DNA of 64,000 nt from Nitrosopumilus sp. (GCA_965205425.1 CBDBGZ010000009.1:256001-320000); one strand, 5' to 3'; shown: positions 1-10,953, counted from the first letter of the stretch. A program made the numbers and translations. The notes: generated by a model not told the origin, from the sequence alone.

Positions 1-532
1 GGTTTTTCCACTTGCGGCACACATCCTTGGATGCTGCTCGCACATGTAGTTTTTGTGGAACCTTTGGTTTTAGATTCCATTTGTGCATCAAACGACGCAC
101 ATGAGTGATATGATATGTAATGCGTGTTCTGTAAAATATGAATTGTATCAGTTTTTTTTGGAGTCATGCCGTCTGAAATTTTCTTAAATGTACGCTCTAT
201 TTTTTGTAATGCTTTATGTGAGATTAATGGCGGACGGCCAGAACGAGGGGGGGTCCTCCAGACCCTCCAATCCGTATTTTTCAAATGAATCAAGCCAATT
301 CCTTACAGAATTGCATGTACAAAACATTTGGTTGGCAGTTTCAGCAATTGTGGATTCGTTGATTTTAATCTTACACATTGCATGCAGTCTTTCCTTTTTC
401 TTACCGTACTTTTCTTTTTTGTAGGCCTGGAGTAACTCGTCATTTGTGATGTCCATGAAATTATTTCTAACTACTGATCAAAAAGTATTGCTATTTGTTT
501 TGAAAAATTGCAAAGAATTATGCTCCGAGGTA
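1..532 (-). mobile_element. IS630-family element type A, copy 1 (runs off window edge; transposase frameshifted)
   Basis: Reverse complement of the 7718 element's left end (TACCTCGGAGCATAATTC), followed by TA at 533-534. ORF 214-456 matches the N-terminus of 7794-8795 and shifts frame at a C7 tract. Confidence 0.9.
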
Positions 533-534
533 TA

Positions 535-625
535 TGTCTGGATGAGTCAACAAACAAGATAGCTCCAAATATCAAAAAAGGCTGGTATCTAAAAGGAAAA
601 AATACACAAACCAAAATCAACTATA
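535..625 (+). mobile_element. Internal fragment of IS630 type B
   Basis: Identical to about 1280-1370 inside the adjacent complete element; bounded by TA on both sides. Confidence 0.85.
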
Positions 626-1771
626 TAGTTTAGGCATATAAATTCTGAATAAACTGTCAAGTATTTTAACCCAAAAGATCTAGATCGTAGAATCAATTCA
701 TGAAACCATGTCAAAGAGTACAAGACAATCCAAGGTTTCCTCTGGGAATCAATTCATGAAAGGTACAAGCATTAATTTTTTAAGAAAAACATGCAAGAAT
801 GAAAAAAATGCAAAAGCAAAGATAAGACTAAAGGCTGCAATTTTACGCAAACAAGACATGAGATATTCTCAAATATGCATCAGTCTTGATATCATACCAT
901 CAACTCTTAGTAATTGGTTAAACCAAATGAACCGAGAAGGAATATCTGCATCACGCCGCAAGAAATATTCTGGTTCTAGATGTTTCTTAGATAAAAAACA
1001 GCTAGTGTCATTAAGGAATGATCTAATTTCAGGTCCAGAAAAGTTTGGATTTAACCAATTCATGTGGAGTACAAGAATGGTAATTACACATGTGAATAAA
1101 AAATACAACACCCTATACTCTGCAAGAGGAATGCGTGAATTACTACACCGTATCGGATTCTCATCTAAAAAACCAAGACAGACTCATCACAAATCAGCCT
1201 CAAAAGAGGAACAAACCCGTTTTAAAAAAACGCAAAAAGGAGTATCAAAAAATATTCCAAATTGGGATACACCACATTATGTCTGGATGAGTCAACAAAC
1301 AAGATAGCTCCAAATATCAAAAAAGGCTGGTATCTAAAAGGAAAAAATACACAAACCAAAATCAACTATACTCGAGAAAAGTTTCAATCATTTGGTGCAT
1401 TGGGGGATGACGGTGTATTTTTTTGTAGGTTCTATGATAAATCAAACACAGACTCATTTCTTGATTTCTTAAAATCCTTGCAGAAACAATTTGGTAAGAA
1501 ACTGTTATTGTTTGCAGATAATGCATCATACCACAAAAGTCTCAGAGTAAAAGAATTTCTCAAAGCACCAAAAAATAAAGTAATCATCAGATATTTTCCT
1601 GCATACACTCCAGAACTCAATCCAATTGAGGTACAGTGGAGAGAAGAGAAAAATGGTAATGCCAATACATTTTTTGCAAATGGAACTGAGATGAGAAAAC
1701 ACATGCAGAAGAGACTAGATAATGGTGATGTTAGAGTTGTTAAAGTGTTCGAATATTTAATGCCTTAACTA
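626..1771 (+). mobile_element. IS630-family element type B, copy 1
   Basis: TIR TAGTTTAGGCAT / ATGCCTTAACTA with flanking TA duplication; HTH ORF plus DDE ORF (LDES...ADNASYH...PELNPIE). Confidence 0.93.
708..1768 (+). CDS. IS630 transposase (ORFs 708-1307 and 1262-1768, joined by a probable programmed -1 frameshift)
   Basis: Slippery TTTTAAAAAAAC near 1220-1231; the same split is conserved in the second copy at 28470-29530. Confidence 0.85.
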
Positions 1772-1848
1772 TAGACATATTATTTTTGATAAAATCTTCA
1801 TATTTTTTGCTCGAGTTAAGAGAAATTAGAAAATAAGACCAGGTTAAA

Positions 1849-2004
1849 ATGGGCCAAATTTACAAAATAATCATGAAAGCCAGATTTAATGGAAAATGTG
1901 TAGAATGCGGAGATGTAATCAAAACAGGTAAAGAAATTCTAAAAAATTCTAAAGATCAGTGGGTTCACAAAGCATGTTGTGATTTAGAAGAAGAATTGCC
2001 ATAA
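1849..2004 (+). CDS. Small zinc-ribbon protein (51 aa; may start at 1873)
   Basis: Manual translation MGQIYKIIMKARFNGKCVECGDVIKTG...WVHKACC, with CxxC...HxxC ligands. Below the ORF-track cutoff. Confidence 0.7.
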   Translation: MGQIYKIIMKARFNGKCVECGDVIKTGKEILKNSKDQWVHKACCDLEEELP

Positions 2005-2056
2005 ACTGATAAAGTAGTAATAAATTTTTAAATAACTTTGTATTTCAGAAGATGAA

Positions 2057-2479
2057 ATGAGGACAAAATCAAATATGTTGTTAATGGCATCAATTATGAC
2101 TGTATTTGGCATAATGATGATACCAGGAGACATTTCAGCAGCATCAAACCAAGTTACGGTAACTCCAATCAATGAAGAAGTTAGTTTAGAGAAAACCATT
2201 ACTACAATGAGTGTTCCACAAGACAACAAACTCCCATGGGGAACGGTTAGAGGAGAAGCATCAGATGTTGCAGAACGATATCCAATTATCATTCAAATGT
2301 ACAAAGAAGATGATCCAGTTCACTTTGCACAAGTGGATGCAAAGGGAGATGGCTCATACGAGTACAAATTTAGAGTTAGAAGCTTAGATTCAAACACAAA
2401 CGAATTTGTAAATATCTTCCAAGGAGATTATACTGTAAAAATTTACAAAGTAATTCCAAATACTAATGATTTAGTATAA
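2057..2479 (+). CDS. Exported hypothetical protein, beta-sandwich-like
   Basis: Signal peptide and VDAKGDGSYEYKF motif, typical of thaumarchaeal surface proteins. Confidence 0.75.
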   Translation: MRTKSNMLLMASIMTVFGIMMIPGDISAASNQVTVTPINEEVSLEKTITTMSVPQDNKLPWGTVRGEASDVAERYPIIIQMYKEDDPVHFAQVDAKGDGSYEYKFRVRSLDSNTNEFVNIFQGDYTVKIYKVIPNTNDLV

Positions 2480-3049
2480 TCAGTAAGGAGTTCCAGATTC
2501 TCTTTGTTTTGCCAAAGCAGATACATACCATTCAAACTCTTCTAAAAATCTAGTAATTCTTCTATCGTAATTCTCATCAAGTAGTTTGCCACCATCATCA
2601 AAAACTTCATGAACCTTTGAAATAGGGAATTGTGAAGAAATTGCCAAAGTTCCCATCTCTGCTAAAATTTGACGAAGATGATTTCCTGCAGTAACACCTC
2701 CAAATGAACCAACAGAATATGAAATTATAGCAGAAGGTTTGAAAAAATACTCTTCTAAAAAATAATCCAATGTATTTTTCAATGCAGAAGATACACTGTG
2801 ATTGTATTCAGGAGTTATCGGAATATATCCATCTGCGTCTTTGAGAATTTTTTGCAATTTTTGTAGTTTTTCAGGAGGAGAATCCATTTCTTTGTACATT
2901 TTATCAAGTAAGGGTAATTCTAATTCCACAGGATCTACAATAGATACGTCATGTCCTTTCTCTTCAAGTTTTGAGACAATCCATTTTGCTACTTTGATTC
3001 CATTTCTCTCAGATCTTACAGAGCCAACAATAACTACAATTTTTGCCAT
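2480..3049 (-). CDS. NADPH-dependent FMN reductase
   Basis: GSVR, TPEYNHS..LKNxLD and KP motifs. Confidence 0.92.
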   Translation of the reverse strand: MAKIVVIVGSVRSERNGIKVAKWIVSKLEEKGHDVSIVDPVELELPLLDKMYKEMDSPPEKLQKLQKILKDADGYIPITPEYNHSVSSALKNTLDYFLEEYFFKPSAIISYSVGSFGGVTAGNHLRQILAEMGTLAISSQFPISKVHEVFDDGGKLLDENYDRRITRFLEEFEWYVSALAKQRESGTPY

Positions 3050-3155
3050 GAGAAATTCACAGTAAAACAGGATAAAAGATTTTTACTAAATTCAAAAAAA
3101 AATCAAATAATTTCATAGAATTCATATACTGAATATCCAAACGAAGAGCTAGAAA

Positions 3156-3695
3156 ATGAGTAAGAATTTTTGGCACGATATAGAATCAGGTAATGATGTT
3201 CCTGAAATAATCAATGCAATTGTAGAGATTCCTAAAGGGTCTATGAACAAGTATGAATATGATAAAAAACACAATATGATAAAATTAGACAGAGTATTGT
3301 TTTCACCATTTCATTATCCAGGAGATTATGGCCTTATCCCACAGACATTATCAGATGATGGAGACCCTCTTGATGCACTAGTATTAGTTACAAATCCAAC
3401 TTATCCAGGAATTCTTATCGAAGCACGACCAATTGGATTACTTCAAATGAAAGATGATGGGAAATTAGATGACAAAATTATTTGTGTTGCCACAAATGAT
3501 CCAAGATATCTACATACTGCAGATATCACAGATATTGAAGACCACTATCGTTCTGAAATTGCCCACTTTTTCCAAGTTTACAAAGACTTGGAAGGAAAAA
3601 AAGTAGAAATCTTAGGATGGAAATCAGCTAAAGAAGCTAAAATAGTAATTATTGAATCAATTAAAAGATACAAAGACACTTTGAAAAAATACTAG
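3156..3695 (+). CDS. ppa: Inorganic pyrophosphatase
   Basis: EIPKGS.NKYE and DGDPLD signatures. Confidence 0.97.
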   Translation: MSKNFWHDIESGNDVPEIINAIVEIPKGSMNKYEYDKKHNMIKLDRVLFSPFHYPGDYGLIPQTLSDDGDPLDALVLVTNPTYPGILIEARPIGLLQMKDDGKLDDKIICVATNDPRYLHTADITDIEDHYRSEIAHFFQVYKDLEGKKVEILGWKSAKEAKIVIIESIKRYKDTLKKY

Positions 3696-3696
3696 T

Positions 3697-3951
3697 ATGC
3701 CAAAAGAATGCGAGCATTTCACCGAAGAGAGAAAAGTTTCTCAAAATACAAAAAGTTGTGAAGAATGTGAAAAGGAGCACTTGCCAACAGTTGCACTTAG
3801 AATGTGTTTAACATGTGGACACGTTGGTTGTTGTGATTCATCTATTGGAAAACATGCAACAAAACATTTTGAAGAAACAGGTCATCCAACAATGCAAGCA
3901 GTTCCAGAAAAGATTTGGAAGTGGTGTTATATTCACAAAGAGTATTATTAA
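3697..3951 (+). CDS. UBP-type zinc finger protein
   Basis: CLTCGHVGCCDSS..KHATKHF...H and W.WCY motifs. Confidence 0.9.
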   Translation: MPKECEHFTEERKVSQNTKSCEECEKEHLPTVALRMCLTCGHVGCCDSSIGKHATKHFEETGHPTMQAVPEKIWKWCYIHKEYY

Positions 3952-4720
3952 TAAAGGTGATTGTAAATCTATTACCACCAACTATTTTTGAGTAATTATT
4001 GGAAAAAACAATCAACATAATTGAGTTATCTAAAATACAGTACTTGGGAAAGTAACTACCTGACATCTTCCAAATAGTATTCTGATTTTATTCTCCTAAA
4101 GAAATCAACAATAATAATTTCAAAGATGCACTTGAGAATTTCAATTGTAATTATTGGATTTGTGTGATTGATGGAACAAATATTTCTCAACGTACAATTT
4201 GCAATAATCCATGCGTTAAACAAAATCAAAGGATAGAAAAAATTACACTGTTCAATCTCAGGAGCTTTTCAACAGGGTGTTAAATTAGAGACTTTTTGTG
4301 TTAAGTTAGGTACTTTTCATATTGAAAAAAATAACTGGGATTTTTAATTACTATTTTTGTAAATCTTGGAATCTTCCTTAAGCAAGTCCTCGAGCATGTC
4401 TATTAGTTGAGGTGTGTTCCAAACATCGCCTATTGATTCTACTTTGAGAAAGTCTATTGTTTCCTTTAGTCTTTTGACTATTTCCTTGATCTGATACTTC
4501 TATACCTAACATGACTGCTCATTGAATAAAATTATGGTAATGGTTCATGTCCTCTTTTGTATCCTGAAAACTTGCGATATTCGTAATCAGTTAACGGTGT
4601 TTGATAACCGCATTTACAAAATGTTTTCATGATTTTGATAAAATTTACACATACAAAAAGTTTAGGAAACTAGCTTGATCCAATAAATAAAATCAACATC
4701 TGATTTTTTGATTCTTCATA

Positions 4721-6364
4721 TCAAGACATTCCAACTGTAATCACACCACCGCCAAACTCTGTAGTTGTTTTAACGTATGACGAGTATGCCGCATCATTAC
4801 TTGATGGAACAGGTGCGCCTTTTGCATCAAGATTGACCCTGATTACATACTCTATCATGTCCCCTACTGTTACCGGAGTTGCAATGTTTCCAGTTACGCC
4901 ATCTAGTGGATAAATGATGTTGACTGCATTGGTTGCTCCACGTCTCGTTTCGCCAAATGATGATGTCTCATATGCATATGCAGAGCTAGAGGTGTAGATT
5001 GTGTGGGTTTCTACATATTCCGCGTTTACAATTACGTCCACATCAACTGTAATCTGTGATGCCTGTCCGCGACTCAAAGCTGTCAGCAGCTGATCTCTGT
5101 GTCCTTCTGTCAGCGATTGCAGGTTTGTGATGCTGCCGGGATTTGCAGGAGCTGAGTATGGTCAACATATTACGGCTGAACTGGTGCTTCTAATAGGGAC
5201 ACTACTGCATATTTTTTTTTTCTACAAACTCTCCGGCATAGTTTGATGACAGGCTAAACGCAGCACTGCCTCCAACCGTGAGGTCTACGTTTGCAATTGC
5301 AGTGCCAGTATGTGTCGCAGTAAGAAACGTTGACGTGCTGATGTTTGATGATGTTGCGACGGTTCCGCTGGTACTACTGTCTGATGATGAGGATGATTTT
5401 TTTAAAACCTGCTTTATCTGCGTATGCACTGAGACATCTCGCATCAGTACCTCAGTATCTGTGCCGTTAATTGTGGCATATATTGTATCTGCACTTGGAA
5501 TTACAGGAATTACCAGCGCGTCATTTTTTGAGTAATTGCCATTCAGATAATCTAACTGCAGATTGTCGACTCGCATATTTTCAACCTCTACTGGAACTGG
5601 GAACACCCATCTGACATAGTTTTGTGGAATGTATACAAGGTTCTCTCCAGCACTCAATGGAACTGACTCTTTGTGATACATGTCAATCAGTGCAGCTCCG
5701 AGCGGTCCAATATAGGAGCCAGATTCAGGATACATCTTTAGGATTCCTCCAGATGATGATGAATAGTCCACATCATCATCCCGCAGGAATATTTCACCTT
5801 TTGCGTTGGTCTTGCCTACCACTATAGGTATTTCGTTTTTAGATATCTTATATGCAGTGTCTGGTGGCAGTCCTGATGCTCTAAAAAATACATCAGATGA
5901 AACATCAAATGATTCGCCCTTGATATCTACTGTTCCTCCATTTGGTTTTACTATCAAATACAAATCACCTGACGGCATCGTATAGGTTGTTTTTAAGCTT
6001 GCCGTAGACAAGAATTCAGAGGTATATGGCTCTGCTTCTTTTATGTTAAATGAAGCTGTAATTTTTGCCCCTACAGAACCATGTGTACCTGAAACTGAAT
6101 GACTCTTTGAAATGCTGTTAATCTTTGTATATTCTCCAAATGCTGATGTGTTTATTGATTCTCCACTTGGTACTGATACACTATAAGTTCTAATGCTAGG
6201 GGTGTGGAATGGCCCTGTGCCTCTTGTAATTGTTCCACTAAACGAACCAGACACTGCATCATCCACATTCCCTTTGACATATACCCCTACTGGCGATACT
6301 GACACTCCTGGATAAGACAAACCATAATAACTATAACCATATGTGCCAAAATCAGCTAGGAAAT
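4721..6364 (-). pseudogene. Disrupted large Ser/Thr-rich beta-strand surface protein (ORFs 5202-6416 and 4721-5077)
   Basis: Consecutive same-strand ORFs of similar composition, with a break near the T-run at 5212-5222. The 5' part is cut by IS110. Confidence 0.65.
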
Positions 6365-6441
6365 TAGATGGTACTTGCATTCGTATCAAGAAAGTAAGAA
6401 ATGCAAACAAACACACTACCCTTCCTGAAAAAAAATATTTG

Positions 6442-7434
6442 ATGTTTGTAGGATTGGATGTTCACAAGAACTCTGTACAGGTGGCAGCAGTAGATGAGAT
6501 TGGCAAATTGTTATTTAACAAAAAGATTTCCAGTGATTTTTCTGCTATTAGCAAAATTACATCCAAAATTCCAAAGAACGCAAAATATGTTTTAGAGTCA
6601 TCATCTGTCTGGTATGGATTGTACAGACACATGACAGACAAATTACATCTTGATGTTATACTATCTAATCCATACAACACAAAGATAATAGCATCATCAC
6701 TCAAAAAGACTGATAAAATTGATGCGTACCATCTTGCAAATTTGCTACGAGGAGGATACATTGCAGAATCATTTGTGCCAGATCACACAATTGTGCAATA
6801 CAGACAGCTTGTAAGACATCGACACAAGATTATACGCATTATTGTAAAGATGAAGAATTCCATACATGGCATTACACTACAGGAGGGAATCCATATCAAA
6901 GCAACACCATTTTCCTCAGAACACATACGTGCACTTGGAAAATTGGAGAGTTATAGAATAGATTCGTACCTACAAAGCATAAAATTTCACAAAAAGGAGG
7001 TTGCAAAAATAGATTCCATGATACGTCGCATGGTAAATGATAATCCTGATGTGTGTATTTTGACATCAATACCTGGAGTTGGACCATACACTGCATTGAG
7101 CATATTCTCAGAAATTGCAGAGATTAGTAGATTTTCAAATTCTCACAAGTTATGTGCATATGCAGGGATTGTTCCATCGGTGAGAAATTCTGCAGATACA
7201 ATACATCACGGAAGAATTACAAAGAGAGGAAGCACCATGCTAAGATGGTTGCTAGTGGAGGCAATTCATGCACATGTTAGATACGCACCAGATAGCGACA
7301 TTACAAAATTTTACAATCGCATTAAGAAAAAGAGAGGAACCTCAAAGGCAGCAGTTGCTGCTGCATCAAAGTTATTGCGTGTCATATATTGGATGCTAAA
7401 AGAGAGGAGAGAATTTATTCAATGTCATCAATAA
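6442..7434 (+). CDS. IS110 DEDD transposase/recombinase
   Basis: GLDVHK, LESS and KTDKIDA (DEDD); SIPGVG; AYAGIVPSVRNS catalytic-Ser loop; GRITKRG. Confidence 0.95.
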   Translation: MFVGLDVHKNSVQVAAVDEIGKLLFNKKISSDFSAISKITSKIPKNAKYVLESSSVWYGLYRHMTDKLHLDVILSNPYNTKIIASSLKKTDKIDAYHLANLLRGGYIAESFVPDHTIVQYRQLVRHRHKIIRIIVKMKNSIHGITLQEGIHIKATPFSSEHIRALGKLESYRIDSYLQSIKFHKKEVAKIDSMIRRMVNDNPDVCILTSIPGVGPYTALSIFSEIAEISRFSNSHKLCAYAGIVPSVRNSADTIHHGRITKRGSTMLRWLLVEAIHAHVRYAPDSDITKFYNRIKKKRGTSKAAVAAASKLLRVIYWMLKERREFIQCHQ

Positions 7435-7449
7435 TTTGTAAAACATTAC

Positions 7450-7645
7450 AGTTAGGAGTTTGGCCGCGTTTTCATATTGAGGATGCATAATACCTCGAAA
7501 CTATAACCGCGGTTTCACCTAATAAATGGATGAAGATGGTACTGAGGGAGATCCTCGAATAGATATGTGTCCGGTTTCATCTTTTGAAAATGAATGGGAT
7601 CATCTCTAGCGGTAGCCATTCTCATGTGTTGCAAAAGAGTGCAAA
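7450..7645 (+). ncRNA. Putative bridge/seek RNA of the IS110
   Basis: Two GAGG-loop-CCTC-GAA modules inside stems. Contains AGATGGTACT (=6366-6375) and ATAGATATGTG (=7664-7674). Ends are approximate. Confidence 0.65.
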
Positions 7646-7717
7646 TGTTTTTAAAGATTTCACATAGATATGTGAATAAGAAAGCAAGGAAATCAGATAG
7701 CATAAAAAATGAATCTA

Positions 7718-8816
7718 TACCTCGGAGCATAATTCTTTGCAATTTTTCAAAACAAATAGCAATACTTTTTGATCAGTAGTTAGAAATGATTTCATGAACA
7801 TCACAAATGACGAGTTACTCCAGGCCTACAAAAAAGAAAAGTACGGTAAGAAAAAGGAAAGACTGCATGCAATGTGTAAGATTAAAATCAACGAATCCAC
7901 AATTGCTGAAACTGCCAACCAAATGTTTTGTACATACAATTCTGTAAGGAATTGGCTTGATTCATTTGAAAAATACGGACTAGAGGGCCTGGAGGATCTC
8001 CCCCCTCGTTCTGGCCGTCCGCCATTAATTTCACACAAAAAATTACAAAAAATAGAGCGTACATTTAAGAGAATTTCAAACGGCATGACTCCAAAGAAAC
8101 TGATACAATTCATATTTTACAGAACACGCATTACATATCATATCACTCACGTGCGTCCTTTGATGCACAAATGGAATCTAAAACCAAAGGTTCCCCAAAA
8201 GGTACATGTGCGAGCAGCATCCAAGGATGTGTGCCGCAAGTGGAAAAACCGCATCATTTCACGCATAGAAAAGGCAAAAAAGAAAGGTTTTACAGTATTC
8301 ATCCAAGACGAGTCTGTATTTGTAGACGATGTACGTCTTGGCAAAAAATACTGGACAGATGTACATCAACGAATGATTGTACGTTGGAGAGGATCGCACC
8401 AAAGATTTTTGGTTTATGGAATGATGACTGATGATAATCAAAGTTTTTTTAGATCGTATGAAAAATTTAATTCAATTGCATTTATGGATTATTTAGAGGC
8501 AGCTCGTAGAAAATTCGGGAAAATATTTGTTATCGTCGATAGAGCGCCACAACACAAAGCTAATGATGTAAAAAAATATCTGCGTAAAAACAAGGATGTC
8601 AAACTGGCATATCTTCCAAGAGGTTCTCCACATTTGAGTATGATTGAAGAGATTTGGAGACAGTGCAAACATGTTAATGTTGAATCAGAATTTTATGAAT
8701 CTATTCATGAAATGAGGTATACAGTTATGGAATATTTTAGAACCCACAAATTTAATTTGAATATGTATCAGTATTTTACAAGAACAGTAAATTGAAAAGA
8801 CTTATGATCTGGGGTA
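7718..8816 (+). mobile_element. IS630-family element type A, copy 2 (intact)
   Basis: Imperfect TIR TACCTCGGAGCATAATTCTTTGCAATTT / AAATTGAAAAGACTTATGATCTGGGGTA with TA duplication. Confidence 0.93.
7794..8795 (+). CDS. IS630 transposase, full length
   Basis: HTH, RSGRP, QDES, VDRAPQH and SPHLSMIEE motifs. Confidence 0.93.
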   Translation: MNITNDELLQAYKKEKYGKKKERLHAMCKIKINESTIAETANQMFCTYNSVRNWLDSFEKYGLEGLEDLPPRSGRPPLISHKKLQKIERTFKRISNGMTPKKLIQFIFYRTRITYHITHVRPLMHKWNLKPKVPQKVHVRAASKDVCRKWKNRIISRIEKAKKKGFTVFIQDESVFVDDVRLGKKYWTDVHQRMIVRWRGSHQRFLVYGMMTDDNQSFFRSYEKFNSIAFMDYLEAARRKFGKIFVIVDRAPQHKANDVKKYLRKNKDVKLAYLPRGSPHLSMIEEIWRQCKHVNVESEFYESIHEMRYTVMEYFRTHKFNLNMYQYFTRTVN

Positions 8817-8892
8817 TAGTTCCAAAACTTGCAGTGTACTCTCTCCAAAAAAGATTACAAACAAACAGATTAGGAAGAAACCAAAGAAAGGC

Positions 8893-8961
8893 ATGTTTGT
8901 GGGCATTGATCTGCACAAGAAGTTTCTTCAAGTAGCAATAATGGATGATACAGGCAAAGTA
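8893..8961 (+). pseudogene. 5' fragment of a second, divergent IS110 transposase
   Basis: Translates MFVGIDLHKKFLQVAIMDDTGKV, homologous to the start of 6442; cut by the ISH3-like element. Confidence 0.8.
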
Positions 8962-8969
8962 TCACAAAA

Positions 8970-10289
8970 CAGTAGATGGGAAAGTACATCAAATTACACA
9001 TTCTAGGAAATAATTATTTTTGTTATTTCTAAAGTAATGAATAATTATCTTTACAAAGAAATATTTGAGAATTTCAATTGATATTATTGGTTTGTAATTT
9101 TTTACATTGGTTTCTTCTGAGATAATCAAATTAGCAATTATCCATGCATTGTACAAAATCAATGAATAGTAAAAATACAACAATCTTATGGATTGGTTTG
9201 AACTGGTGGTTTTTGGTCTGAACCTTCCCACACATGCATATCCTGTTTCAATTCCCCAACGTTTCTTGTAATCAGTTGGAATGTTTTGTATGTTATATGA
9301 TATTTCTTTTGGTGAAACGTTTGTTGCAAACACAACATACTGATCAATAATATTTGATTTTTTTCTTGCATTTTTGTTTGGCAGAATAACTAGATTAAAT
9401 GATTCTACATGTCCTAATGATGATTTTATCGTGTATGGCGAGATTGACTTTCTATCTCCATTAACATATTGTAAAATGGCATCTTTGATTCGAGAATTCT
9501 TTTTTGCAGGCATTAGAAATTTTAAATTCTTTTGTTTTATTTCTGAAATTGTTCCAGCTGTGAAAAACTCCCTATCCACTAGCAATAGTTTAATCTTGAT
9601 TCCATTATTGATGCCATCAGAGAGTAATTTACGCACAAAATCGGCATTTGATTTGTTGTCATACAAAGGATAACGACCTAATTGAGCCCTGATTCTTTTT
9701 TCAACGCACTGCATGGTGCAGTAACTCTCAAAATGAGTAGTACTGTTTTTTGATTTTGATTTTATTAAAGAATGGTTTGGCAATTTGTCATATCTTGGGA
9801 TTAGATGTTTGTCAATTGCCACAGTAACTGGTTGCTCCAATACTCCCAATTCTTGTAATTTTGATATGGTACTATCCAGTGAACGATGTAATTGAATTTG
9901 CATTGTTTTTTGTGATATTTTTGATATGATTTTTCTCAACCATGAAACCAGTTGGAGAAGCATTATCTGATTCCATTGCCAGTCTCTTTAATCCAGATTC
10001 AGAATATGAATTTCCCAAACACAATGACATGATAGAATTATGTGCATCTGCATTGTGGAACCGTGAGTTATTTTTACTAGAGCATGGAAACAACAAGATA
10101 TTGTACATTATTTTAGTGATAATCTCAAATGCTTTAGATAGTATCACGCCTTGGTGTGTCATGGTATCAAATGAAGTACAATGCATATTTGATGGAGTGA
10201 CATACTTCCATCAAGCTTTTTCTATCTGAATAGATTGATTGAATAATTGATAGTTTTTGATCTAAATTGAGTTACTTTCCCATCTACTG
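8970..10289 (-). mobile_element. ISH3-like (IS4 superfamily) element; transposase frameshifted (ORFs 9872-10186 and 8989-9963)
   Basis: Perfect TIR CAGTAGATGGGAAAGTA, extendable by 8 bp to 8962/10297. Motifs AIDKH, LVDREF and YKKRWGIETGY. Confidence 0.85.
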
Positions 10290-10307
10290 TTTTGTGACAA
10301 TTTTATT

Positions 10308-10526
10308 TTAGAAATTTTTCATTACTGGAACTTGCGGAAAGAATTGATCCCAAAATGAAAATGCAGGCGATGCAATTACCAAACAAGAAAATTTTTCTTG
10401 TGACGTAACGATTATTTTGTGAGCAATTCCTTTTGGAATGGATAGATAATCCCCAATCTTTACACTAGATATTGTTTTGTTATTTTTAGGATTGCGTGCA
10501 AAGAAAGGATTCTTGTAATGACTCAT
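10308..10526 (-). pseudogene. Cupin-like C-terminal fragment
   Basis: GDYLSIPKGIAHKI resembles cupin motif 2; motif 1 is absent. Confidence 0.5.
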
Positions 10527-10540
10527 TTGGATTTTATGAA

Positions 10541-10738
10541 TTATGATTCAGTCATTTCTTTAACTGGGTGGGCAACAATGTTGCAATGTTTGCAAAAAAG
10601 ATGAAATGCTACAGTATATGTGGTGATCCATTTGCCAAAGTACCAATACTGTTTGTGATGATATTGCTCTATTTTTGCAGGTTTTCTCTGAATCCATTTT
10701 TTATTGCATTTTGGACAGTTTGGTATAGTAAATTCCAT
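10541..10738 (-). CDS. Small CxxC/CxxC zinc-finger hypothetical protein
   Basis: CPKC...CKHC. Confidence 0.5.
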   Translation of the reverse strand: MEFTIPNCPKCNKKWIQRKPAKIEQYHHKQYWYFGKWITTYTVAFHLFCKHCNIVAHPVKEMTES

Positions 10739-10828
10739 ATCTCTAAATAAAGAATTTAAATGATTTGTAAGAGTTAGATGTTATGCAAACATTTCCTTTA
10801 AATTGAGATTGGATTTATTTTTTATCAA

Positions 10829-10903
10829 GCTCCTATAGTGTAGTCCGGTTAAGCATTTTGGCTTCTCAAGCCAAAGACTCGGGTTCAAATCCCGATGGGA
10901 GCA
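10829..10903 (+). tRNA. tRNA-Glu (CTC)
   Basis: Acceptor stem GCTCCTA/TGGGAGC, anticodon arm TTGGC-TTCTCAA-GCCAA, T-loop GGTTCAAATCC. Confidence 0.96.
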
Positions 10904-10953
10904 TTTTAAATTCAATTTGTTTCTTTAAATAACAAAATTCTCAAAAGAGATTA

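Larger units (their letters stand above)
6370..7664 (+). mobile_element. IS110-family element with 3' non-coding region
   Basis: DEDD recombinase, no TIR. Shared TAGAT at the inferred junctions (6365-6369, 7665-7669). Boundaries are inferred. Confidence 0.8.

Noticed and set aside
3952..4720. Possible small genes or IS end
   Set aside because: Only short broken frames; no paired TIR or recognisable motif.
6343..6441. N-terminal extension of the IS110 ORF and overlap with ORF 5202-6416
   Set aside because: Both cross the insertion junction; the DEDD domain starts at MFVGLD (6442).
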